NCBI GenBank assembly: GCA_902588615.1
Contig: CACIPV010000001.1
Span: 90,682-154,681 of the forward strand
Direction of reading: 5' to 3'
DNA: 64,000 nucleotides
Origin: an uncultured Alphaproteobacteria bacterium
Lineage (GTDB): Bacteria > Pseudomonadota > Alphaproteobacteria > HIMB59
This document shows, piece after piece, positions 1 through 12,424 of the stretch. Position numbers and translations under genes: made by a program. The notes under the pieces were generated by a model, which was given only the letters and a program-made list of their open reading frames with translations, did not search any database and was not told the origin of the DNA. Within the stretch, counting starts at the first letter, position 1. Each line of letters begins with the position of its first letter.

Positions 1-50
1 GGGGAAAAAAGTTATAGATTTAAATGTCGTTGATTTAAAGATACACGAAA

Positions 51-1040
51 ATGCTAACTGATAATTTTAAAAGAAAAATTGATTACTTGAGAATATCTGT
101 CACTGATAGATGTGATTTAAGGTGCACTTATTGTATGGCTGAGGATGTAACCTTCTTGCCTAGACAAGAAGTTTTATCAATTGAAGAAATTATTAAACTT
201 ACAAATATATTTAATGAGTTAGGTGTAAAAAAATTTCGATTAACAGGGGGTGAGCCACTTGTAAGAAAAAACATTGTTTCAATTATAGAACATTTAAATA
301 ACCTAAAAATTCAGGGTAAAATTTCAGAGCATACTTTAACTACTAATGGAACGAATTTATCAAGATATGCATCTATTCTTAAAAAGAATGGTGTTGAAAG
401 AATAAATGTTTCTCTTGATAGCTTAAATAGTGAGAGTTTTAGGAAAATAACTAAATGGGGAGATCTTAGTAAAGTTTTAAATGGTATAGAAGCAGCTAAA
501 CAAGAAGGTATAAAGATAAAAATAAATACTGTTTTGACTCAAAATTTCAATGATAAAGAAATATTTGATATTTTAGATTGGTGTAAAAAAAATCATTTTG
601 ATATTTCGTTAATTGAAATAATGCCAATAGGTGATATTGGAGAAAAGCGATTTAATCAATATTTATCAATGAAGAAATTTGAAGAGGATTTGGTAAATAA
701 ATTAAATTTGATTCCCTCTAAACACAGAACTAATGGTCCCTCTAGATACTATGATTATTCAAATCATAAATCAAAAATTGGTATTATATCTGCTATTTCT
801 CATAACTTTTGCGATACTTGTAATAGGGTAAGACTTACATGTACTGGTAAGTTATATATGTGTTTAGGACAAAATGATTTTGTAGATTTAAAATTTGCCC
901 TAAGAAATCAAACAAAAAATGATATTATTGCTTTAATAGAATATGCCATGTCAATTAAACCAAAAGCACATAACTTTGAAATTCAAAAAGATAATTTTGA
1001 GGGATATGTTAATCGTTATATGAATGAGACTGGAGGTTAA
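51..1040 (+). CDS. moaA: GTP 3',8-cyclase (molybdenum cofactor biosynthesis)
   Basis: YLRISVTDRCDLRCTYC radical-SAM motif, RLTGGEP, CDTCNRVRLT and C-terminal GG. Confidence 0.97.
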   Translation: MLTDNFKRKIDYLRISVTDRCDLRCTYCMAEDVTFLPRQEVLSIEEIIKLTNIFNELGVKKFRLTGGEPLVRKNIVSIIEHLNNLKIQGKISEHTLTTNGTNLSRYASILKKNGVERINVSLDSLNSESFRKITKWGDLSKVLNGIEAAKQEGIKIKINTVLTQNFNDKEIFDILDWCKKNHFDISLIEIMPIGDIGEKRFNQYLSMKKFEEDLVNKLNLIPSKHRTNGPSRYYDYSNHKSKIGIISAISHNFCDTCNRVRLTCTGKLYMCLGQNDFVDLKFALRNQTKNDIIALIEYAMSIKPKAHNFEIQKDNFEGYVNRYMNETGG

Positions 1041-1043
1041 TAA

Positions 1044-1805
1044 ATGAAAATATGTTTTGTTTCTTTTCCTCTTGAAAAAAATATTGAAGCTCAAGAGAAA
1101 CTTATAAAAAAATACGGTAATTACGAGCCTGAAGAGGCAGATTTCATTGTAGCACTTGGAGGTGATGGTTTTATATTAAAGTCACTTCATAATTATATGA
1201 AGCTTAACAAGCCAATTTACGGTATGAATTTTGGATCTGTCGGATTCTTGATGAATGATTACAAACTTGATGGGCTAGAGGAAAGGTTAAATAATGCTCA
1301 ATTAACAAAATTAAGACCTTTAGTCATGAAAACTTTAAATCCTACAGGTCAAGAAATTAAAGCTATTGCAATTAATGAGATCAGTATTCGTAGAGAAAAA
1401 TATCAGGCTGCAAAAATTCAAATTATGATTGATAATGAAGTAAGAATAGAAGAGCTTGTTTGCGATGGTGTAATATTATCAACAGCAGCAGGAAGCACAG
1501 GGTATAATTACTCTGCCTCTGGACCGATTATCCCACTTGGAAGTAATGTTGTAGCTCTAACCGCTGTAAGTGCCTATAGTCCCAGACATTGGCGTGGAGG
1601 TCTACTAAAAGATAATGCAAAGATTAAGATTATTAATAATAATCCATCTAAAAGACCGATAGTAGTCCATGCAGATCATATTGAAGCTAAAGACGTTATT
1701 TCTGTTGAAATAGAGATGTCTGAGGGTATGGAAATACCTTTACTATTTGATAATGATCATAAAATTGAAGAACGTGTTTATAAAGAGATGTTTAAATCCC
1801 ACTAA
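1044..1805 (+). CDS. nadK: NAD kinase
   Basis: LGGDGF, GMNFGSVGFL, NE and DG...STAAGSTGY motifs. Confidence 0.95.
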   Translation: MKICFVSFPLEKNIEAQEKLIKKYGNYEPEEADFIVALGGDGFILKSLHNYMKLNKPIYGMNFGSVGFLMNDYKLDGLEERLNNAQLTKLRPLVMKTLNPTGQEIKAIAINEISIRREKYQAAKIQIMIDNEVRIEELVCDGVILSTAAGSTGYNYSASGPIIPLGSNVVALTAVSAYSPRHWRGGLLKDNAKIKIINNNPSKRPIVVHADHIEAKDVISVEIEMSEGMEIPLLFDNDHKIEERVYKEMFKSH

Positions 1806-1809
1806 TTAA

Positions 1810-2913
1810 GTGAAATTTCTTAGTAATTCAAAAGTCCTTTTAACTTTTTTTTGCTTATGTATTTTTCAAAAAAATTCTTTTGCAAATGAATGTTTGATAA
1901 AAAAAGATTTGAATATCGGGCTTATCAACAATAATTACATAGATTATAAATATTATTTATATTACGCACTAGGTGAGTACTCTTTAAAAAATAATATAGA
2001 ATTTACAATTAGCGAAGTTAATCAAAATGCAAATGAATTCGATATTATATTTGGAGAATTTAGAGATTTAGCTAAATTGAGTTTAAATCAAACTCAGATA
2101 CCTGATAAAGTTTTAAAATTTTATAATGAAAATGAAGTTGAAGTTAAGGAAAATTTATTCCCCCTTGATTTAGACACATTTATATTATTAAGCCAGGATG
2201 ATTATGAAAAAATAACTTTTGAGGAATTTTCAGAATTATATAATCCAATTAAATATACTCTGGGAATGAGCTTTAAAACTAAAGAGGATATAATTAATTT
2301 AATTTTATATCATTTAGAAAAACCATCTATTAATTTCAATAGTTTATCATTTGAATTAACATCGGATTTATTTTCAAAAACATATGAAAATCTTAACAAA
2401 AATATCGTTAACAATAATTTTTTAGAAGTTTTCAATTCTTATGAAAACTCAGAGAATGTTTATACGTTATTTAGTGATGGGATTTTACTGAATAAAAATA
2501 TTGACTATAGAAGTTTTCAGCTTTTTCCAAAGAGTAAATATATTTGGGATAGTGAAGAGGGAGTTTTTAAAGAAAGTTTTGAGAGTAAGCCTTTATCTTT
2601 TTATGGTTTTAGCGCCTATTTGAACAACTCACAAGGTTCAGGACTTCTATGCCATCTAATTGATGAAGAAGTAAGATTAAAGGCCTTTAGAGACTTTAAC
2701 ATCCAGCTAAGTCCGTTGTCAATTAATGAAATAAGAAGTATTGAGGATGATTTATCTGATGATTACAAAAAAATTTTAGAAAATAAAAATAAAAATATAC
2801 TCAAACCAAATTATTCTTTAGAGAACAAAAAATATGATTTATTTACAGGACTGATTTTTGGTAAATATAACTATGATGATATTATGGATAATCAAAACTA
2901 CTTGAATAAATAA
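1810..2913 (+). CDS. Exported hypothetical protein, possibly a degenerate ABC solute-binding protein
   Basis: 367-aa ORF with GTG start and signal peptide (..NSFA/NE); only weak resemblance to SBP layout. Confidence 0.55.
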   Translation: MKFLSNSKVLLTFFCLCIFQKNSFANECLIKKDLNIGLINNNYIDYKYYLYYALGEYSLKNNIEFTISEVNQNANEFDIIFGEFRDLAKLSLNQTQIPDKVLKFYNENEVEVKENLFPLDLDTFILLSQDDYEKITFEEFSELYNPIKYTLGMSFKTKEDIINLILYHLEKPSINFNSLSFELTSDLFSKTYENLNKNIVNNNFLEVFNSYENSENVYTLFSDGILLNKNIDYRSFQLFPKSKYIWDSEEGVFKESFESKPLSFYGFSAYLNNSQGSGLLCHLIDEEVRLKAFRDFNIQLSPLSINEIRSIEDDLSDDYKKILENKNKNILKPNYSLENKKYDLFTGLIFGKYNYDDIMDNQNYLNK

Positions 2914-2932
2914 AAGAAGATAAATTAAATTA

Positions 2933-3286
2933 TCATTTTGAACATTTAAACCAAGCTTGTAAGTTTTCTCTTGGATAATCCCAGACAATATTAATTATTT
3001 CATTTAAAGGAAGAAAAATAATTAATCGGATATCTTGGTCATATAAATAACTTATTACTTCATCATTTTTTTGTATGAGGTTTAATTCTTCTGTTTTACC
3101 ATCAAGAAAGTTGATAGTAAGTTTACCTTTAGAACCTGATATTTTTAAAACATGAGAGCCTAAACTTTCGACGTAATCACTCATATAAAAAAATTCATCA
3201 TCTAATGGTTCACAATTATATTTTTTTCCAAAAAATCCCCAACTTAGATTTGGGACCAATAATAATAAGATTAAGAAAATTTTCAT
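2933..3286 (-). CDS. Small secreted hypothetical protein
   Basis: Signal peptide MKIFLILLLLVPNLSWG; AGGAG Shine-Dalgarno just upstream on minus strand; Cys near each end. Confidence 0.75.
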   Translation of the reverse strand: MKIFLILLLLVPNLSWGFFGKKYNCEPLDDEFFYMSDYVESLGSHVLKISGSKGKLTINFLDGKTEELNLIQKNDEVISYLYDQDIRLIIFLPLNEIINIVWDYPRENLQAWFKCSK

Positions 3287-3436
3287 GACTCCTAAATTTA
3301 AATATTAACATATATATTTATTAGTTTAGAAACGTTATTTATCGTTATCTAGATTTAGACTTTAAAAAAACTGATTGAAAGAGTTTTTAAATAATATACT
3401 AAATACGTTGGGTTTACTGACCTTTTTGATAAAGAA

Positions 3437-3497
3437 AAGGAGAAACACGAAGATGGCCTCGTGCTGGAATTGGTAGACAGTCTGGACTTAAAATCCA
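3437..3497 (+). repeat. attL-like direct repeat: leader plus 5' half of tRNA-Leu(TAA)
   Basis: 60/61 identical to 5925..5985 (45 bp exact at 3453..3497); weaker homology extends back to about 3390. Confidence 0.95.
3455..3497 (+). pseudogene. tRNA-Leu(TAA) 5' fragment
   Basis: GGCCTCGTGCTGGAATTGGTAGACAGTCTGGACTTAAAATCCA then diverges; no variable arm, T arm or CCA. Confidence 0.92.
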
Positions 3498-3580
3498 ATT
3501 TAAAATTTCAATTTATTTACTCACAATCAGCTAATTTAAATACTCTTTTTAAGTTTTTTAAATTACTTAAGTGTAAGATA

Positions 3581-3621
3581 TCGTAATTTAATCGCAATAA
3601 TTGACTATTGTTGGTCGTAAT
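3581..3621 (+). repeat. Putative integrase arm-type sites, left set
   Basis: TCGTAAT 3581, TCGCAAT 3592, TCGTAAT 3615. Confidence 0.65.
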
Positions 3622-3730
3622 TTATTTATGAAATATATATTTCAAATCTTGGGGATAATATTTAGAAATTTCCACAATAAATTTTTTATGAATACTAAAA
3701 AAGATATTACTTAAATGTTATTGTTAATTA

Positions 3731-4351
3731 ATGAATCAAAATTTTGATATTAATAAAACACCTCTTCTTTTTCAGGATTATGATAGCATTAATTCAGTAA
3801 GAAATATGAGTAGTCTCTACTTCATCAATTATTACAAAGAACCATACTATCATAAGCAGGCGGGTATAATCACCCAAATGTGTATTCCAACTTTTGTCCA
3901 TCCTGAGCAGTGTTTTGTAGGTTGGAACTATGACGAAAGAGAGAACAGCGAAGAAGATGCAAAGTATCTAGCCAATAAGATGCATTTTTCTCAGTGTGAC
4001 TTTAACTTTGTAAGGTCAAATAATAGCTCACTTAATGTTGGCTATTGCACCGCTAATAAAGGTGAATACAAACATAAAGATGATTTACATGTTTTAAGTT
4101 ATTTAAGCTGCGATACATTTGATGCATGGATAAAAGCAATTCACTCCTCTAGAAAAAATTCTTTTAGATTTGGCTTTAAGATTGAATTTAATCAATATGC
4201 GAGAGATGTTTTTTTAGGTCAATTGATAATGAATCATATTGGCGACCTGGATGAGAAAGAATATCTTGACTTTAATATAAAAAATATTGAAATACAATTT
4301 AGCACATATGAGAATTACTCTGGATTTCAATTATCTCCTCAATCAGCTTAA
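3731..4351 (+). CDS. Hypothetical protein (island cargo)
   Basis: 206-aa open frame in AT-rich DNA; no recognisable motif. Confidence 0.7.
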   Translation: MNQNFDINKTPLLFQDYDSINSVRNMSSLYFINYYKEPYYHKQAGIITQMCIPTFVHPEQCFVGWNYDERENSEEDAKYLANKMHFSQCDFNFVRSNNSSLNVGYCTANKGEYKHKDDLHVLSYLSCDTFDAWIKAIHSSRKNSFRFGFKIEFNQYARDVFLGQLIMNHIGDLDEKEYLDFNIKNIEIQFSTYENYSGFQLSPQSA

Positions 4352-4646
4352 ATTCGTATTTTTATTTGTTCTTTGGTCTTATTGTGCTTTGAGGATATTT
4401 GATAATACCTTTACTACTACTTTGGTATCATTAACACAGGGTTTTTACCACCCTCACGGGCTTACTAAATGGTGGTATTATATACAAATGATGCCTGGTT
4501 GGTGGATAATGCACCTATTCGTAATAGCTTTCATCCCCCTCATGTTAAATAAAAAATTTAGCTCACAATTACAAAAAAGTAATCTTAAAAAAGTTAATTA
4601 CTTTTTTTGGTTTATATTTGGACCATTATTGATAATTTTATTTTAA
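4308..4646 (+). CDS. Hypothetical membrane protein (island cargo)
   Basis: About three hydrophobic Trp/Phe-rich segments; ATG at 4308 preferred over TTG at 4287. Confidence 0.6.
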   Translation: MRITLDFNYLLNQLKFVFLFVLWSYCALRIFDNTFTTTLVSLTQGFYHPHGLTKWWYYIQMMPGWWIMHLFVIAFIPLMLNKKFSSQLQKSNLKKVNYFFWFIFGPLLIILF

Positions 4647-5218
4647 TCAAACAAATTTAAAATAGCTCCCATCAAAGCTTTTACTAAAGTTATAATAATA
4701 TCCAGAGTAATCCCAACAATATTCAAGATAAAGCCATACCAATCAGCGGCATAGAAAATACTCACCACAGGCAATAAGGCAAATATGAGCCCCTTAAAAC
4801 CAAACCAAAAACTAGTATCCATACTCAGAGATAAAAACCATTTTGGAATTGAAAGCAAATATGTAAATCCTTGAAGGTATAAATAACAAATCAATAAAAT
4901 CTCAAAATTTGATTTCGTTTCACCATATCTATTAAACTTATAGGAACTAGGCCTGTCTTTATTTTTTTTATCGTATTTTAATTTTCTAATCTTTCTAGAA
5001 GTTCCGATGGGCTGTTTGTTAATAAAATCGTCAATATCGTCTCTAATTGAAACTAAATAAGTAGTGTCATAATCTTTACCGTTAAAATTAGCTCTATAAA
5101 AACCAGTCTCATCCTCTTTGAAAATTTCAATTCCTTTATAGATTTCAAATAATTTCTTATCATAAGATAAATTTGCATTTTTTTGTGGAGGGTCTTTGTA
5201 TAAATCTTCTTCAGTCAT
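4643..5218 (-). CDS. Hypothetical membrane protein (island cargo)
   Basis: Charged N-terminal half, hydrophobic C-terminal half with 2-3 TM segments. Confidence 0.7.
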   Translation of the reverse strand: MTEEDLYKDPPQKNANLSYDKKLFEIYKGIEIFKEDETGFYRANFNGKDYDTTYLVSIRDDIDDFINKQPIGTSRKIRKLKYDKKNKDRPSSYKFNRYGETKSNFEILLICYLYLQGFTYLLSIPKWFLSLSMDTSFWFGFKGLIFALLPVVSIFYAADWYGFILNIVGITLDIIITLVKALMGAILNLFD

Positions 5219-5227
5219 TTATTAAAT

Positions 5228-5731
5228 TTAAAAGAAAAACCATTTCTTTTTTAATTTCTTATCAAATTCTTCTTGAAACTCCAGAAATCTCACCCAAGCA
5301 TACTCATCATTATATTCTTCACTTCCATTTAAAATATTTCTCATAGCCTCTCTGCCCATATCATATGCCTTATGGGCAATGTCTTTAATGATTTTTGCAT
5401 CGTCATCTTTCATTTCATCTATTTTTGAAACACCAATAAAACCACTAACAATAGTTTCCATTAACTCTGGGTTTTCATAATGGCTTTCAAAAAAATAAAT
5501 TCTTGCTTGCTTTTGATTAGAAATATCAAAGTAATTACATGTAGCAGAAACAGCTCCGGCTTGAAAACAAGCCTTTAAAGAGAATCTAGTTTGAGACTCA
5601 GATTCGTTTAAATCCTCATCAGACTTATATTTTTTAGTTAAAATATTTTTTAAATTAAAAGATTGATTTTGAAGTTTTTCAAATCTCTTAACAGTTTTTG
5701 CCAATTCCTCTAATTTTTCATTTAAAGACAT
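5228..5731 (-). CDS. Hypothetical protein (island cargo)
   Basis: 167-aa helical ORF ending KKKWFFF. Confidence 0.7.
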   Translation of the reverse strand: MSLNEKLEELAKTVKRFEKLQNQSFNLKNILTKKYKSDEDLNESESQTRFSLKACFQAGAVSATCNYFDISNQKQARIYFFESHYENPELMETIVSGFIGVSKIDEMKDDDAKIIKDIAHKAYDMGREAMRNILNGSEEYNDEYAWVRFLEFQEEFDKKLKKKWFFF

Positions 5732-5797
5732 TTTAAATATAATTTAATTCAAAATTATTAATGTACAAGTTGCACTGGATTTTATATTAGAAAATTG

Positions 5798-5837
5798 TCG
5801 TAATCTGGTCGCAATAAAAATCTATATTTATCGTCAG
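5798..5837 (+). repeat. Putative integrase arm-type sites, right set
   Basis: TCGTAAT 5798, TCGCAAT 5809, TCGTCAG 5831; spacing matches the left set. Confidence 0.65.
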
Positions 5838-5942
5838 GGAATATTTTATAAAATTATGTGGTTGCAAGATTCAAGAAATGATATACTCATTACGATTGAG
5901 TTTACTGGCCTTTTAAGCGATTTGAAGGAGAAACACGAACAT

Positions 5943-6030
5943 GGCCTCGTGCTGGAATTGGTAGACAGTCTGGACTTAAAATCCAGTGGGATTTATTCCC
6001 GTGGCGGTTCGAGTCCGCCCGAGGCTACCA
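5943..6030 (+). tRNA. tRNA-Leu(TAA)
   Basis: GGCCTCG/CGAGGCT acceptor stem, CTGGA-CTTAAAA-TCCAG anticodon arm, long variable arm, GGTTCGAGTCC, encoded CCA. Confidence 0.98.
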
Positions 6031-6041
6031 TTTTATTAAAC

Positions 6042-6359
6042 ATGATCATTGTTGAAGTAACTTTTAAAATAGACCCCTCCTTAACAAAGGAAATGTTAAC
6101 AGAAAAATTTTTAGAAACTGCTCCGATTTACAGAACCACACCTGGTTTGATAAAAAAAAACTATATATCAGATCTTAAAAATAATATTGCAGGTGGCATA
6201 TACTGTTTTGATAATATGTTAAATGCAAAAAGATGGTTCGATGATGAAAGAATTGAATGGATTACAAATAGATACTCGAAACCTAAGATAAAATTCTATG
6301 AAAATTTTGTAGTAGTTGACAATGAGTCTAAGAAAATTATATCTGATGACAAATTGTAA
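6042..6359 (+). CDS. YdhR-like putative monooxygenase (dimeric alpha/beta barrel)
   Basis: PGLIKKNY and AGGIYCF motifs; true start taken as ATG 6042, after the tRNA. Confidence 0.75.
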   Translation: MIIVEVTFKIDPSLTKEMLTEKFLETAPIYRTTPGLIKKNYISDLKNNIAGGIYCFDNMLNAKRWFDDERIEWITNRYSKPKIKFYENFVVVDNESKKIISDDKL

Positions 6360-6379
6360 ATATGTATTACTGTTAAATA

Positions 6380-6494
6380 AATAGGCGGCGTCCTACTCTC
6401 CCAAGCCTTAAGACTAAGTACCATCGGCGCTGGAGGCCTTCACGACCGAGTTCGAAATGGGATCGGGTTTTTTCACTCCGCTATGACCGCCACA
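6380..6494 (-). rRNA. rrf: 5S rRNA
   Basis: Reverse complement has CCCGATCCCATTTCGAACTCGG, GCCGATGGTACT, GGGAGAGTAGG; ends approximate. Confidence 0.95.
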
Positions 6495-6537
6495 AACTTT
6501 TTATAACATTACAGTTAAAACTTTTCGCTGTGTATTG

Positions 6538-9255
<2,718 letters not shown>

Positions 9256-9391
9256 TTAACACACAGTGAAAAGTTTGTAGTTAATAACTTTTTGTAGTTA
9301 TTTGTTGTTATATTAGTTGTTTAATTGACGAATAACTCGTGCAAGTCATTCGTCTGTGTTATCAGCTTACATATTTACGATTTTAAAAAGT

Positions 9392-9467
9392 TGGTGGAGG
9401 ATAGCGGGATCGAACCGCTGACCTCCTGAATGCAAATCAGGCGCTCTCCCAGCTGAGCTAATCCCCC
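9392..9467 (-). tRNA. tRNA-Ala(TGC)
   Basis: GGGGGATTAGCTCAG...TTTGCAT...TCCTCCACCA in the 16S-23S spacer. Confidence 0.98.
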
Positions 9468-9475
9468 AACATTGT

Positions 9476-9552
9476 TGGTGGGCGAGGGAGGACTTGAACC
9501 TCCGACCTCACGCTTATCAAGCGCGCGCTCTAACCAACTGAGCTACACGCCC
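9476..9552 (-). tRNA. tRNA-Ile(GAT)
   Basis: GGGCGTGTAGCTCAG...TTGATAA...CGCCCACCA in the spacer. Confidence 0.98.
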
Positions 9553-9645
9553 AATCAATGCTCTTTATCAACACATGTTGAAAAAAGCAAAACAAATAGA
9601 CGGTGGTTACTTCGAACGTACACTTAGTTCAAAGTTTTTTTTCCT

Positions 9646-11143
<1,498 letters not shown>

Positions 11144-11285
11144 AATTACCTACTCATAAAAAACAAAGTTTTAAATTGACGTAGGTTAGACGCCAAAATA
11201 ACGAGCTGTCATTTGTCTCAAATGAAAGCTTGATCGAAATTTGACGTTATAAACCCACCGTCTATTCATTTCATATTTACAAAAA

Positions 11286-11295
11286 ATAAAGAGCA
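11286..11295 (-). promoter_or_regulatory. rrn leader boxA-like antitermination element
   Basis: TGCTCTTTAT on the transcribed strand about 145 nt before 16S. Confidence 0.6.
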
Positions 11296-11348
11296 AGAAT
11301 CACTAATGCACAATAAATGGCCTAGTGAATCGAATAAAAAGTAGAATA

Positions 11349-11376
11349 TATCTACACTTTATGGGGACATTGTCAA
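11349..11376 (-). promoter_or_regulatory. Putative sigma70 promoter of the rRNA operon
   Basis: TTGACA-N16-TAGATA upstream of boxA. Confidence 0.45.
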
Positions 11377-11436
11377 ATGCATTTCATTAAAAAAAATAAA
11401 AAAAAACTATTGAAAAGAAAGTGTTTTTTAGGGAGT

Positions 11437-11513
<77 letters not shown>

Positions 11514-11564
11514 ATCAGAAAACGAAAGATATGTCAAAATATCAACAATTACAATGATTATTCT

Positions 11565-11641
11565 TGGTAGCGGAGGAGGGATTTGAACCCCCGACACATG
11601 GATTATGATTCCACCGCTCTAACCAACTGAGCTACTCCGCC
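11565..11641 (-). tRNA. tRNA-Met(CAT), elongator
   Basis: GGCGGAGTAGCTCAG...ATCATAAT...TCCGCTACCA; Ile2 identity not fully excluded. Confidence 0.9.
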
Positions 11642-11678
11642 ATAAAGAAATATTGTTTTATATTATATTAGCCTAATC

Positions 11679-12422
11679 TTAAATGATTTTGTTTATTTCT
11701 CTCAATATGAATTTTTTCGCATCACTAACACCAAGTTTATTCACTTGAGAGTTTATAACAATCTCTACGCCCTTCGGTTTTCCATCAAAAATTGGATAGC
11801 TACCTATAGAAACATTTTTATATTTTCTCTCAGCTTGAACAAGTAGATGGGCTATTTTACTCTCAAAAAGTTTTGTAGATATTGTGGTTGAATAAAATTT
11901 ATTTTTAATTTTTATCATTTTTTTAAATTCTTTCATCATCGCTTGTACTATTGAGGGTATGCCAGCAAAAACATAAATATTTTCAATTTTAAAACCTGGT
12001 GCTCCACTAACTTTATTTAAAATTAACTTAGAGCCTTCCGGCATGTACGCCATTTTAATTCTAGCATCAGTTAATTCAGATTTAATTTTCCTGTAATATT
12101 TTTTTAATTCTTTATATGCGCCATTATGTAATTTATATTTTTTTTTTACTGCCAAACTAATTGACTCAGATGTAATGTCATCGTGAGTTGGACCTATACC
12201 ACCAGTAGTGATAATAAAATCATATTGATTTTTTAATTTTCTTATTTGAGAAATAATTATTTTTTTTTGGTCAGGAATCACAACCACTAACTGCAGAGAT
12301 ATTCCACAAATGAACAATTCTTTAGCTATATAATTTATATTTTTATCTTGAGTCCTACCTGATAATATCTCATTGCCAATGATCACAAGACAAGCTGAAT
12401 TGATTTTTTTAGTAGTTACCAT
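11679..12422 (-). CDS. CinA-like / molybdopterin-binding domain protein
   Basis: IIGNEILSGRTQDKN and TGGIGPTHDDIT. Confidence 0.9.
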   Translation of the reverse strand: MVTTKKINSACLVIIGNEILSGRTQDKNINYIAKELFICGISLQLVVVIPDQKKIIISQIRKLKNQYDFIITTGGIGPTHDDITSESISLAVKKKYKLHNGAYKELKKYYRKIKSELTDARIKMAYMPEGSKLILNKVSGAPGFKIENIYVFAGIPSIVQAMMKEFKKMIKIKNKFYSTTISTKLFESKIAHLLVQAERKYKNVSIGSYPIFDGKPKGVEIVINSQVNKLGVSDAKKFILREINKII

Positions 12423-12424
12423 AA

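Larger units (their letters stand above)
3455..5985. mobile_element. Integrase-less tRNA-Leu mini-island (2,488-bp unit)
   Basis: Bounded by tRNA-derived direct repeats; four orphan ORFs; repeated TCGYAAT motifs inside both ends; no recombinase gene. Confidence 0.8.

Noticed and set aside
3498..5924. Prophage or autonomous integrative element
   Set aside because: No integrase, structural, replication or transposase motifs recognisable in the four ORFs.
5856..6041. 62-codon N-terminal extension of the YdhR-like ORF across tRNA-Leu
   Set aside because: It spans a complete tRNA and its leader; family similarity begins only at Met 6042.
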